DNA of 64,000 nucleotides from Macrostomum lignano (GCA_002269645.1 NIVC01000851.1:124001-188000), one strand, 5' to 3'. Positions 49,060 through 63,139 are shown, counted from the first letter of the stretch. Numbers and translations: made by a program. The notes: generated from the sequence alone by a model not told the origin.

Positions 49060-50000
49060 GGACAGTAAATAACAGAATCAGGGAGACAGTGACAGTAAGT
49101 TACAGAATCAGGGAGACAGTGACAGTAAGTTACAGAATCAGGGAGACAGTGACAGTAAGTTACAGAATCAGGGAGACAGTGACAGTAAGTTACAGAATCA
49201 GGGAGACAGTGACAGTAAGTTACAGAATCAGGGAGACAGTGACAGTAAGTTACAGAATCAGGGAGACAGTGACAGTAAGTTACAGAATCAGGGAGACGGT
49301 GACAGTAAGTTACAGAATCAGGGAGACAGTGACAGAAAGTTACAGAATCAGGGAGACAGTGACAGTAAGTTACAGAATCAGGGAGACAGTGACAGTAAGT
49401 TACAGAATCAGGGAGACAGTGACAGTAAGTTACAGAATCAGGGAGACAGTGACAGTAAGTTACAGAATCAGGGAGACAGTGACAGTAAGTTACAGAATCA
49501 GGGAGACAGTGACAGTAAGTTACAGAATCAGGGAGACAGTGACAGTAAGTTACAGAATCAGGGAGACAGTGACAGTAAGTTACAGAATCAGGGAGACAGT
49601 GACAGTAAGTTACAGAATCAGGGAGACAGTGACAGTAAGTTACAGAATCAGGGAGACAGTGACAGTAAGTTACAGAATCAGGGAGGGTGGCAGTAAGTTA
49701 CAGAATCAGGGAGACAGTGACAGTAAGTTACAGAATCAGGGAGACAGTGACAGTAAGTTACAGAATCAGGGAGACAGTGACAGTAAGTTACAGAATCAGG
49801 GAGACAGTGACAGTAAGTTACAGAATCAGGGAGACAGTGACAGTAAGTTACGGAATCAGGGAGACAGTGACAGTAAGTTACAGAATCAGGGAGACAGTGA
49901 CAGTAAGTTACAGAATCAGGGAGACAGTGACAGTAAGTTACAGAATCAGGGAGACAGTGACAGTAAGTTACAGAATCAGGGAGAGGATGACAGTAAACTA
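49060..50000. repeat. 30-bp minisatellite, ~31 copies
   Basis: Unit GGGAGACAGTGACAGTAAGTTACAGAATCA. Confidence 0.97.
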
Positions 50001-50425
50001 CATGATTTAAGAGAGGCTGGACAGCATTTCAAAACATTTGCTTGAGCACATAAAAATCCGAATCAGCTCGGTGAATGTCAGGTTTACAACCCGAGTTGAG
50101 TGTCCGGAAGCGGCGGCTTGCTTTTGCAACTGCACTGAGACTCTGAGAAACACTGTAGACCCAATTTTTAATGACTTCTCCTTTAAGGGATAAAAATTGC
50201 GTGCCAAATGGGCGCAAAATCTCTCCCCTTACTCGTTCTATTGGATGACTCAAGCGCCCTGGCAACACTCTCGGGATCAGGGAGGCAAAAAGAGGCCCGG
50301 AGGCGACAGGAAACTGGCTTTAAACCAAGAAAATGCTCAAAATTTTGTCCCAACCTCAGTTGGTGAGCTCATAGTCTCCATTGGGGTTCCCAGTTCCCCA
50401 GATTTCAACAGAAGTTTTTCACCCG

Positions 50426-53400
50426 ATGCAACAGCTGACCCTTGCCTTGATAGTTTCTGTCGCCACCGCAGCAGCAGGAGCAGCAGTGGCGGCGCCAGCA
50501 GGTTCCAGATTTCCGATCTACTTCTTCTACGACAGCTCGGCTCCGCCAGGCACCGAGATTGTCTTCAGGCGCGTCGCTGCCGACGTCGCATCGAGCGTCG
50601 GAGTCGTCGAAGTCGTCCCGTTGGAGCCTAACATCAGTCAAAGCGGCTACAGCATGCTCTCCAGGCTCTGCTCAGCCACCAGAGCCGGTGCCGCGGCCCT
50701 GTTTGCCTCAGTATGTCCGGAGGCTGACCGCCTCATCGCCAGCTGGGCCAGAGCGCACGACATGCTCTACATCGCCTGGCGGCAGGCTTTTCCCGACTTG
50801 CCGGGCACCAGGCTCAGCCCGCTACCCGAATTGGCGCCGGCGTTTGAGAGCCTCCTGGCCTACCTCAACTGGACGGATTTCTCCTACGTCTACGCTGACG
50901 ACGCCGGCTTCCGTCGGGGTGTTCGCCTCGCTGAGGCGCTACGGCGTCGGAAGCGACAGGACGAGGCCGACAGCGCCGGATTTGGCAGCGCCGGGGAGAG
51001 TATCGATTTTCGACGGGTGGCGCCGGCCGCCGGGCCATCGCTTACGTTCTCGGCCACGGCCGGCCGGATCTCAACCCGCCGTCGCACGATGTTCTGGCGA
51101 TGCAATCAGCTCTGACCGCCCTGGCGGAGGCCGCTAATTCGGTCGGCTTGGCAACAAGCGACGATCATGTCGTCAGCAGAACAACTGTCCTGACCTGGCC
51201 AGACCTGTCCTGCCCCGGAGGCGACGTCGGTTTAGTAGTTGGTCGGCGAAAAATCCGGGGCGACGGCAGCCAGCGACGTCACAGTCTTGAACGTCGAGAG
51301 CTTCGCCACCGCCTGCACCAAGCCGTTGCCTCGAGGCTTTCAAGCAGCGGCTCCGATACCATCCGCGTGATGGACCTGATGGGCGCGCCGCACCGCTCCC
51401 AACCAATTGGAGTCTGGACCCCTGCCGGCGGCCTCAACATCACCAACGACCGGCACCGAAGGCGGTCCGGCGCTAGCGGCGCAAACGACACAGCAGATGC
51501 GAGCCTCAGGCTCGGCAATGGCACCGTGATCCGGGTGGTCAGCATCCTCAACGAGCCGTTTGTCATGTTGCGCGAGGGCAGCGAGAACGCCTCGGATTTC
51601 AGGCAGCGCTATCACGGATTCTGCATTGACTTGGCCGAGATGGTCTTCGCCAAGCTGGGTGTCGACTGGCAGCTGCACCTGGTTGAGGACGGAAAGTACG
51701 GCGCCCAGGAGCCCAGCCCCGATGGCAGCGGGGAGCTCGAGTGGAACGGAATGATGGGTGAGGCGGTGAGATCGCTATGATTGGGAGATCTGGAATCATC
51801 ACAATGACAGTACGAACTCTGGAACTGCATTCAAAGTGGGAGTACCTGAAGTCTGAGGAATAGCTAAATACTTACCTGAGATTTAAGACACCTGAAGACT
51901 GAAGTTGTACAGCGGGGATACGTCGTAGGACAGGAGTCGGCAAACTCCGGCCTGCGGAGCCTCTCTATCCGGCTCCCGGGTCCTTTGAAACTTTACAACA
52001 GCAACCCGGCCCGCTCAAGGTTTGCGTCTCTTCTTAACTTTCTCTCTTCTCTCCTCTCTCTTTTCTCTCATCTGGCCTGCAGCCATGAGCTGGATTCACT
52101 ATGTCGGAGGATAACTGAAGATGGAGGAGAGGAATATTTTTGAAACTTAAGGTCGGAGTAAGCATACGAGAGATCTCTACTCTCGTATATATCTAGGACT
52201 GCTGGGTTCGGAGTAAAGGGATATCTGAGGTGAGAGTAGAGAATTCAGGAAGTCAGGGTGCAAAGTTGACGAGGCCAGTTACTTGTCAAAAAGCTATTCT
52301 ACGCATTATAAAATTTTAATTTCTTTTCTGCTCAATCTGAAGCTTCAGGTGTTTGAAATTCAATCGGGAACAGTAATAACTGCAGTTAAATCAGCGGCCC
52401 CAGATTCAGACAGCTGGGCTGATGAGGCCAATCAGAAAAATGTCAACTGTTTTTCTTTCAATCAAAGCCAAGAAATACGATTGGGAGTTACAATCGGTCG
52501 GTGCAAAAAGCGGGGATGATCAAACGGAGATGCTGGGGGTGGAGGAAACTGTTGGATCAGTTCAGAATAGGGGAGTAAATTCGCCAGGCAGTGGAAACCC
52601 TCCCTGATTTCTCATGGGGCCTGGAAAGGCAAGGTCAGGTTGGGGGTGAATGAGTTGGCTTAAGCAAATTTTGTGACGAGGAGTCCACGCACGTACGTCG
52701 TACAGAAGAAGCCTGGCAAGTCATATGGGACTGGCCGGGGACCACTGAAACGGAGCATTCCGGACTGGAAGAATCGGGCATGGAAGTACCCCTTCTATCC
52801 AATGTTACACTCAAGAGCTGAGCTCTACACAATCTTTTTTCCCTCTACTGAAAATCCCTCTGTATTTGACGCCTTTCAAATATTTCGAATGCTCGCAATT
52901 TCCAGTTTTGCTTCCAGTCTATCTGGCTCTATCTCCCGGGAGTCCACGGACTGGGGAAATGGCGTGCCCTCCCCCCCCGCGAGCAATATTCGAATTGCTA
53001 CTTGAGAGCGCACAATTTCATAAGTGGACAGAAAAGTGCAGACGACGTTTGACTGGAAATTTTTTCTTTTTTCTCCTTTAAAAGGCCGCCTCCAACAACG
53101 ACATGTGACAGCCAATATGACAGCGTCAGATGGCGATGGAGTGCGTTGAGTTGAAGAGAAGAATTTCTGGGGAAGAAAAACAGGGAGAGAGACCATCGAG
53201 AAAGCCTCGAATCATTCGGTTTTTGCAATATACGAACTAGTTTCTATCAGGGGTATTACTGCAGCCAGAATCCTTCTAGGTATCCAATCCACAAAAGAAC
53301 GAGGTGACAGATGGCATGTCAATCAGTAATGTATCGAAGACTCACACGTACGATTTTGGATGCTCGGGTACTGCTTGGGGTTTGAAGTGAATTGCTACCT

Positions 53401-56244
53401 ACATTTCGATATCCGCTACCTCGTCGGAGTAGAGCTACCTTAGGTCGAGGATGAGATACCTCAGGTCGGGGTTGAGATACCTCAGGTCGGGTTGAAATAC
53501 CTCAGGTTGGGGTGGAGATACCACAGGTCGGAGTGGAGATACCTTAGGTTGAAGAGGAAATACCTCAGGTCGGAGTGAAGATACCTCAGGTCGGAGAGGA
53601 GATACCTCAGGTCGGAGAGGAGATACCTTAGTTCGGAGAGGAGGTACCTCAGGTCGGTGTGAAGATACCTCAGGTCGGAGAGGAGATACCTCAGGTCGGA
53701 GAGGAGATACCTCAGGTCGAGGTGGAGATACCTCAGGTCGGGGTGGAGATACCTGAGGCACCTATAACTCAAAAACTAAAAAATACATATTTACGACCCA
53801 CTTATAAACAGCATAAATTGATTAATTTGTCTAATCCAAATTGAATCAACACTCCCATCACCAGGTGAGGTGATTCGCGGCAAAGCGGACGTCGCGATCG
53901 CCTCCCTGACAATCACCTCTGAGCGCAGCGAATACGTGCTGTTCTCTGAGCCCTTCATGAACTTCGGCCTGTCTGTGATCATTAAAAAGCCACAGAAGAC
54001 CAAGCCCGGCATGTTCAGCTTTATGCAGCCATTGGAGCATCAGCTGTGGGTGGCCATCCTAATGGCAACGATGATCCTGGCCGCAGTCATGGCACTGCTG
54101 GCCCGTGTCAGCCCGCTTGAGTGGAATCTGCAGGACCAGCCGCCACCAGATCAACAGCGGCAGCGCGCCTCTGGTCCGGGGTGAGTGTCAGTTTCTATTC
54201 CTGTTGGACGCTTTCTTAAGGCCCGATGGATCTGAATGTCGAGAAAATAAAACTAAACTAGAGACTATTTAATTGAATACTAAGAGAAGGAGCAGTAAGT
54301 GGGCGCAGGGCCCAAACCAGTGTTATATATGACACTAACTTAGAGGGGGGTCGACTCCCTTATAATAAAAGGAGGGGTCGAGTGCGCGACTAAAGAGAGA
54401 GGCGAGAATGGAGAGCCAATCAGAAGGCAACAAGGGAGAGAGATAAGAATAACAAGATTGAGCTAGACAGAGAGAGAAAACAGAGTAAACAGAGACAAGT
54501 GAAGGTGAACTAAAGAAATCACTAGGAAAGTCGCGACTTTCCTAAATGCTAGTTACTGACGGATTTTGCAATGAAACGTCAGATCTGTCGATTTTTTCCA
54601 TAAACGAAAGCTCGGAACCAAATCAAAAAGGCAGATTTCGCTTGACTGTGCAAATTTATGGGTAAAATTCTGAACAGACGCCTAAAGTAGTGTCATTGAC
54701 CAAGGAAGTGGCCAATCACATCAAGTGTTTAATACATGTGGATAGGACAAGACGAGGAGTTGGCAAGACGCCTTTCTTCAGAAATTTTTGTTTACGCTCG
54801 TACGAGCGGATGTTACATTTAAAACGAGACCGTGACATTCTGGAAAGCAGATTTGGCGAAAAGTTGGATTTTTAATTCAATTTCGTTCGTCGACGCATTT
54901 AGCAGGTGTTCCGTGGAGGTCGACCGCTACGGCAGGTCGCAGCCGACGCAGAGACCGCTACTGCGACACCAACCTGTGCAGACAGCGGAAAGAAACTTCA
55001 GTTTAGTGAATAGTCTCTGGTTTAGTTTCGCCTCGTTTGTACAGCAAGGCATCGACATCTCGCCCAGGTCGGCGTCAACAAGAATAATTGGTTCCTGCTG
55101 GTGGGCCTTCTCGCTCATCATCATGGCCTATTACACCGCTAACCTGACTGCCTGCCTTACAATCGAGAGGCTGATCGCGCCAATTGAAAGCGTCAGCGAT
55201 TTGGCTAACGACGCCAAGGGTGTCAAATTTGGCACCCTTAACTCAGGTGAGGGCATTGGAGGAGCAACTTTTTTGCGCTTGAAGTAGTAACTTAGCCACT
55301 TGAGTAGACAGTGATTTAGCATCCGTTCATTGGCATCTGTTGATTTGGTCCATGGCCATCCGGAGGTTTGTCCATGGACATCGGTGGGTTTGGTCCATGG
55401 CCATCCGGAGGTTTGTCCATGGACATCGGTGGGTTTGGTCCATGGACATCGGTGGGTTTGTTGCATGGTTCGTGGATCTTGATAGAATTCAGAAGGGTGG
55501 TGGGTGCCTTCGGATACTGAAACGAATCCTGGCGGCAGCATAGGCCCACAGCTTGTTAGCAGACAGTTTGCTGAGGCAGAAATCAAAAAGGTAAAAGCCT
55601 ACCAAATATTTGAATATGAGTTCAATCTGAGGTGCTTGCTGTGCCCCTGAGACCACAACAGTGAGCAGTGTTTATGTGCCTTAAATAAGAAGCTCGAAAA
55701 ACTTTTCTTCGCAGGCTCGACTAAGGAGTTCTTTCGTCGCTCCGAGGAGCCCACCTACAAAAAGATGTTCGAACTGATGGAACGCGACAAATCCGTGTAC
55801 ACCAACTCTCTAGCCGAAGGCATCGACCGGGTAATCCGATCCGACGGCAAATATGCCTTTATCCTGGAGTCCAAGACCAACATCTACACCAACAACAGGA
55901 AGCCCTGCGTCACCATGATGGTCGGACAGGAGTTTAGCTTGAAAGGCTACGGAATCGCCATCAGCCAGGAGCGGCATGAACTCCGAGAGAGAATCAACGA
56001 AGCCGTTTTGCAGTTGCGCGAGAGCCAGGACCTCGACCGCAAGTACAAGGAGTGGTGGATAGAGAAGGGCGAGTGCCCAGAGGACGGCAGCCCAAAGCTG
56101 CAGCCGCTGGCGATTGGCAACCTGCTCGGCGTGTTCGGGATTCTCATCGCCGGCTTGCTGCTGGCGATGCTCACAGCGCTACTTGAGTTCTGCTGCAGCA
56201 GCCGCGGTGGCTTCGGCGTCGGCGACGGAGGCAGCCGTCTGTGA
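50426..56244 (+). CDS. Ionotropic glutamate receptor subunit, AMPA-like; 4 exons, with an apparent frameshift in the ATD
   Basis: Exons 50426-51757 (frame change near 51000-51110), 53865-54180, 54906-55246 and 55715-56244. Signal peptide; [68 protein letters not shown]; C-terminal SRL PDZ-type motif. Confidence 0.92.
51931..52100 (+). mobile_element. hAT-Charlie-like fragment in iGluR intron 1
   Basis: Starts CAGGAGTCGGCAAACTCCGGCC; homologous to 37727-38374. Confidence 0.7.
53437..53755. repeat. 21-bp minisatellite (GAGATACCTCAGGTCGGAGAG) in iGluR intron 1
   Basis: Directly visible. Confidence 0.92.
55335..55455. repeat. ~45-bp tandem repeat (2-3 copies) in iGluR intron 3
   Basis: GTTTGGTCCATGGCCATCCGGAGGTTTGTCCATGGACATCGGTGG repeated. 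Confidence 0.85.
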
Positions 56245-57647
56245 TGGTCGAGTCGGCATCAAGGATATAGAAACATGCTGAACTAGGAAATCTTTGGTCA
56301 AATTTTTGTCAAAGTCATACGGAGACACATTTTTTGATGAAAGAGTTGATGGCTTTGTAAAAGTGGAACTGAGCCAAATGATTGATGAGTAGTTAGTTGT
56401 CCTGCGACTTATTGTTTATGCTCGTGTTCGAAATGATTCAAACAGTTCTGTGGCAATCAATTCATCTCTGAATGCTCAGATCAACCATTTTACCGCGCAA
56501 TTTTTAAAAAATATGAATCGATATTCGGACGAGTAGAACTACTTAACGCAATTCTTATGCAATCATTTTCTGAATACTGGATTCTTCGAACCTGTATCCT
56601 TGTGACCAAAATGACAACTGAAGCTACAATCGACTCAATTTTTACGAAGAATTTTTTGAGCATACTTACTCTACTATGAGCCTACGCTTCATAGAAAATT
56701 CTTCAGGGAAACTGTCGGGAATATAGGCCGCGTTAGGCGTATAGGCCGCGTTAGGCGGGCCCTAGCGTAGTTTGATTGATTTATTACCTTCTAAACCCTC
56801 CATGGTGATTTCAGTTTTCAGATCCTTGTTCATCCAGGTTGTTCGTTTCTCTGTATTTACTTGATGTGTAGCCTCAATGCTTAAGGTGCAAGCATTAGCC
56901 GCGCTGACGACGGAATCCGGGATGTCACTTTCGACCATCAGGCAGTCGACAAAGCGCCGAGAAAGCGCCAATCTTTGCGGTTAGGGTGTTTGATGCATCT
57001 GCAGCAGCAACTCTCCTGCATCAGCTGTGAGCAGTGTGTACTTATATTACAGCTCAGAGTGGATAAAGTGGCGTGCCAGCTGGAGTCGCTGACCACCCAG
57101 CAGGTTAATTCAAATAGCTAAGTTAATCAAATCAAATTATATTCCAGGCAGTGCCAAACACACAGACAACAATGCTAATGTTTTATCCAATCCAGTATCA
57201 ATAAATACGGTAGTACTATTTGTTAGTGACTCATTGAATTTTGATTACAACTTGAAACCGAACAATTTTGGATCTCTTAGTGCTTGCTGCCTTTTGCATT
57301 TTATTCACTCTGTGTATTTGCAAGAAGCAAATGACATGCAGAACGGGTGCCATCTGCAGCCAAGGATTGTTAGTACAAAGTATACTGAAAAGTATAGTAG
57401 ACCAAAATAGCAAATAATATTTTCAGACAGAATGTTAGCGCAAATGCAAACCAACAGTCGCTTCCAGGTGGCTAATCGTTACCTGGAAACAATAAAAATA
57501 TATCAGCTGGTCTCAAGTAGGGACTCCACCTGACGCATAGCACAAATTTCACTTGATAATCTTTTCAATAAACTTTTCCTCTCGAAATATTCCAGAGACC
57601 AAACATAGGCTTTAGAACAAGTGATTTCTTTCTCGAGCACGCAAGCC

Positions 57648-60143
57648 TCACGACCTCCCACCGTCACGCCGAGTCCCCCGCTGCTCGAGCATCCGCCGGA
57701 GTGACTCAAGCCTGGCTTGAGCAGCGGCACCGGAGCATAGTCTCCAGTCACCGGCCGCAACGTCTGCCTCCACCGGCACCACGTAGTACTTACTTGAGCC
57801 CTTCTCCACCGCGAACTCGCGAGACAGATCCTCCGGCTGCAGCTGGCAGCCGAGCTTCTGCAGTCGGAGCACCTTCTCAACGCTGAGCCCTTCGAAGGCT
57901 ACAGTCGAGTCGACGTCCAGAAAAGCCAGACCATCGCCGCAGTCCTTCTCCAGCAGCAGCAGGTCCTCGCCGCAGACACGGAAGAAATGCACGCACAGGT
58001 GCAGGCGCCGAACAGATTTTGCGCAGATCAGCTCAGCCTGTCTGGAGGCGTAGCGACGTCGAACTGGATCGAACCACAGGAACCGAATGACATTAGACTG
58101 CTGTTGGGCTTCTTGACTGCGAACCTCTGGGCCTGGGTCCTTCCTATCAGATGATTAATGGTCTATCAAACTATCAAAGAGACTATTGGTTGGACTGCTA
58201 AAACTACTAAGGTTAGCTGAACAGCAACAAGTCTTTAACAGCCTCGTGTACACGCAATAGCTACTCGTCGTACGCTCGTATTAGGTCATCTGCTCCGACT
58301 GCTCGATACTATAGTTCGTATTGTTTGGATGCGAGTTAATACGAGCTAAAAACTGTTAAGCGCTCACCCACCATGGTCAGACAGTCAGAAATTTACAGCG
58401 GTGAAGTTGGTTAACCGAAATCGTAAAATAAGGGTGTTGTGGCTTGCGGGGCTGACTTTAAAATCGATAAGTCCCCCGACATCCACCCCACTGTCGAAGG
58501 CAGCCTAAAAATTTAAGCAATTAGAGGGAGAACGGGGATAGAAAATGGGGGTTGTGGGTTAAACGATTGGCCAAAAAATCGATAACCCGCACCCACAACC
58601 CCATACACACAGGCAGGCGGCTAAAATTTACTGTAGAAGGACTAACAGAGAAAGAAACCGGGGATTGTCCATCTATAAAATCGATCAACTTCACCAGGCT
58701 AGGCTCGCGGAGATAAAGCGATAAAGTACGTTCTTATGCTCATACATCATGCACTTTTGAATGACCTATCACATAGCTCGTAAGTGGTAGGATAGTAGTT
58801 CTTTATAGAGTCAAAAATATTTGTCTTTTGAGGTTTTAATTTTAATTTTAATTTTGAACATAACTTTGTGTAGCTTCAGTCTACCTTAAAACCTATACAT
58901 CGGGGGGCTTAGATTTTGGGTGTCGATGGTTTTTAAACAGAGGATGAATTTGCTAACCACCTCAATTCCTCAATAGAGACCTAGGGAACTATTAGCAGAT
59001 TAGGCTAGTAAAAGTTTCATAAAAATTTTGGCTTTTTCAAGTCCCCTAACATTCGGCCCTTTATTGTGAAATCAGCACTAGCAAATACCGGTAGTAAAAA
59101 AGCATCAGATTTTGATTCAATGAAATAAAAATCATTAGTAATTATAATAAAAACTTACTAACAGCAAAGGTCAAAGGTATAAGCATAAAATATAGATAGG
59201 CATGTACGAAGGCTGTCCGCTGTCCGAACTGTAGGTTTGGATACAGACTTTTCCATGAAACCAACTTTATATGCTTCATTGAAATAATTTGTAAAAACCT
59301 AACGGTACTGTACAGTTTGATATGGTCGAATCATTCAGGTTTTACTAAATTTCCTTTTTGAATTTTCAATGCTTATGAAAAATCGAAAAATATCGAAAAG
59401 TATTTTGCTGGCCTAATTTTCAAAAAGTCCCAATGCGCGTTCTCAATATACATACAGAAAATAAAAATGCGTTTCGATTTTAATGGTACGTCACTTTCCA
59501 GTTCGATTAAAACAACATTTAACTACTGAAAATCAACAACGGCTAAGATCTACGAATTAACAGTACCAGAATAGCAGAGTCAGTACAGTTACCTTATTAA
59601 AGACGCCGCCTGCTGCTGCTGCTGCTGCTTCTGTGTGGCGTTCCGACTAGCCAGCTGAGCATTAGCCTGCCTTAATGGCAGCGACTTCACCGTCTCCGAA
59701 GTTGTCGCCGCGTCGTCCATCTGGCAGGCACCCGCGGCGGCGGATTCTCCGTGGCATCGACAGACACAGCAGGGCGGAGTACCGGTTTCCACCGGCTTCG
59801 TTGGAGGCGGCTGCTGCGTCAGCGAGTCCCCGCGGTTGCTGCTGTTGCAGGGGACTTGACGACGTCGTCTGCCTCCGGTGTTGGTCGCGGTGTCGGCGGC
59901 AGGTCCGGTCGCCACTTCGCTGCCGGACAGCAGAGCTGCCAGGCCGGCCAGCTGCTGGATTGTGCTGTCCAGCCGGTCTTTGAACTCCTTCAGGCTCTCC
60001 TCATTCGGTTCAGTGGTCAACTGAGTCCTGGTGGGCTCCCTCGAGCTGCTCATTGAGGTGTTCGTGGAGCTGGATTGCTGGCCATAGCTCATGGCCGACT
60101 TCACTGGCCGGTCTTTGTTCCCAGAGTCAGCTGTCTTGTGCAT
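57648..60143 (-). CDS. Uncharacterised protein, at least 2 exons (low-complexity N-region plus globular C-region)
   Basis: Exons 60143-59593 and 58143-57648 join in phase (AG|GTAAC...TAG|G) to give ~348 codons with host-like GC-rich codon usage. Family not recognised; ends uncertain. Confidence 0.6.
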
Positions 60144-61364
60144 CCTGTGATTTGCGGGTGATTGGTTATTATAAATGAGAGCCGCGCCTTCAGCAAGTTA
60201 ATTGAATCTGAGACCCTGGGTCCCCAGATCCAGAGGAAGTTTGGCACATAGATAGAAAAGAGAAACAACGTCGCATGAGAAATGAAGTCTTCACGAATGT
60301 CATTGAATCAATTACACAGAAATTCCTGACTACTGAGAGTAGCAGAATTCGGATTTTGGCCATGCATTTTTGAGCCATTTGGTAGAAGGTAAGTAAACTG
60401 AAAAACTGACGCCAATTGAAACCGACAGTAAATTAGTGTCCTTTTATTGTTTAGTTTCAATTGCTGCACTGGAAAATCTTTCCCTATAAGCTCGTAATCA
60501 GTTATTATAGAGGAGACACCGCAAAAATACAATTTTGTACGAAGGCGAACTTTTGTAGCATCGCCTTCGAAAAAATTCTCCTACTCAAAGCTAAGAGCCA
60601 CACGAAAGCAATTAAAAAAATCCCTCTTCAACCTGGCGGTCGGTCTCCCACGCCTCTATCGGCTGTACTGTAGGAACAAGTGCCAACCCAGTCCAGGGGG
60701 TACCCCATTCACTATACAGTGCCATGGCGCTAGACCCCCAGATCCTCCAGGAAGTGTAGCCGCCCCCCTATACTCAGCCCACTGGTAAAGAGAAAGACGA
60801 AGCATAGCTGGGACTGCACTAGCTGAAGGAGCTCATATTATCATCCATCCTGCAGTGCTGGGCAATTGGGAAGATAATGATGTCCACCTCCCCAGCTCCC
60901 TCCTCCCGGGGCATGAGGATGCGAGTTGTCAGGGGGGGGAGGGGAGATCTAGTGCTAACTGAATAACGGGCTCCGCAACGGGCGCGAGGAGCTTAATCCG
61001 GCACCAGTCCGAATGCGGTTTAGGCTAATTGTAATCCGCCCAGCAGTCGCAGTTATCTGCTCCGTTTCCCCTTGCCCCATCCTCGCGAATTCCACAAAAT
61101 TGGACCAAACCGAATTTTCCTACTTAAAGGGCGTGCGCGGCGCATGGACAAGAACTGCCGGCTGGGGATGGGAGGGGAGCAATGGGAGAGCGAGGGGAAA
61201 AATTTCATTTCCCGCTGGATTCGTTTGCGAAGCAGTCCAGCCCAGCGTCTCCGTGACAGTCTGCCCAGGGGCTGAGGGCCGGGAGGGCTGCCCAATGGTG
61301 GCGGCCCGGCAGGTGGCCCGATCTGGTGCTTGATTGAACTGCCCTCTGTGCGAAATAATGAGCC

Positions 61365-61935
61365 AGAGTAATGAAATGGATTGCTAATCTAGCCAACACC
61401 ATGGATGAAGGAATAGAATGGATTGCTAATCTAGCCAGCATCATGAATGCATGAAGGAATAGAATAAATTGCTAATCTAGCCAACATCATTGATGAAGGA
61501 ACAGAATGGATTGCTAATCTAGCCAACATCATGGATGAAGGAATAGAATGGATTGCTAATCTAGCCAACATCACCAATGAAGGAATAGAATGGATTGCTA
61601 ATCTAGCCAACATGATTTAGAAATAGAATGGATTGCTAATCTAGCCAACATCATTGATGAAGGAACAGAATGGATTGCTAATCTAGCCAACATCACGGAT
61701 GAAGGAACAGAATGGATTGCTAATCTAGCCAACATCATGAATGCATGAAGGAATAGAATGGATTGCTAATCTAGCCAACATCATTGATGAAGGAATAGAA
61801 TGGATTGCTAATCTAGCCAACATCATTGATGAAGGAATAGAATGGATTGCTAATCTAGCCAACATCATTGATGAAGGAATAGAATGAATTGCTAGTCTAG
61901 TCAACATCATAAATGAAGGAATAGAATGGGTTGCC
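61365..61935 (+). repeat. 42-bp satellite array
   Basis: Unit GATGAAGGAATAGAATGGATTGCTAATCTAGCCAACATCATT. Confidence 0.95.
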
Positions 61936-62356
61936 AACCCATTCCATGAAGGAACATTCTTCAAAAGGACTCTTCAAAATTTTGTTCGATTGAGTAGTCA
62001 ACTCAATCTCAAACAACTCCGACTTTGTTTGAAGCCATAGCACAGGGTTCGAATCTTTCCTGAAACTCGAATAATCAAAAGTGGGTCTGCCGAGGAAAGT
62101 GCTAAGGTGAGACATGTCACAGTGCTATAGAGTATTCCCTTTAAGATCCTGCAGCTTACTTTGTACCCCTCTCCCTCTCTCTCTCTCTCTCTCTCTCTGT
62201 TCTAGCTTTAACAGGGCAAATTAAATTAGAACTAACAAATAGGAAAGTTTGTCACAAAAAAGATAAGTAGAGCTGTGTCGGCTTCCTTGCACCAGAAAGC
62301 CGCCATTTCCATCTTCCTATCGATACTTTTAGACTGTTTGAAGTTAGGGAACTGTG

Positions 62357-62661
<305 letters not shown>

Positions 62662-63139
62662 TCGTTGACTGTCTTTGAGTTCTGCCATCGCTGCTGGATG
62701 CTGCGGCTGCTCGGGCAGGTCAGGCCAATCAGTCTACATAATTATTAGAGGCAAAATTATAATTATTTTGCTTTTTATTCTCACCATTATAGACCCGTGT
62801 TTGCTCGGGCAAGACTGACCCCTGGGCCGCTCTAAAGAGCTTCATCATCCAGCATCCGCATCTTTCTTTGAACAGGAGCATACTCTCCTGAGTCTAGTGT
62901 ACTAGTCGCGATGCTCTTGACTTTCGCGGAGAGATTATTTTTGCACGTGTCATCTTCTAATTCTGAGGGTGAGAAGAGGCATCGCTCATTAACTCGTGGC
63001 TTGCAACTCCTGCATCGAGGGCCCTGGCCTGGCTCTCGATCTCTGCTTCTTTCGCAAAGAAAATTATTATTCTGAACAAATGCTTTGTGATCTATACGAT
63101 TCCTTTGTCAATAATGACTTGAATCACCGGGCCATGCTG

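Noticed and set aside
55147-55152. Natural lurcher mutation
   Set aside because: The Thr is at motif position 7; lurcher is position 8, which is Ala here.
61939-62101. Internal exon (TFLGRPTFDYSS...FMEW) between the inverted arrays
   Set aside because: The acceptor is plausible, but the donor lies in a satellite-derived palindrome and its phase does not fit the next candidate exon. Left uncalled.
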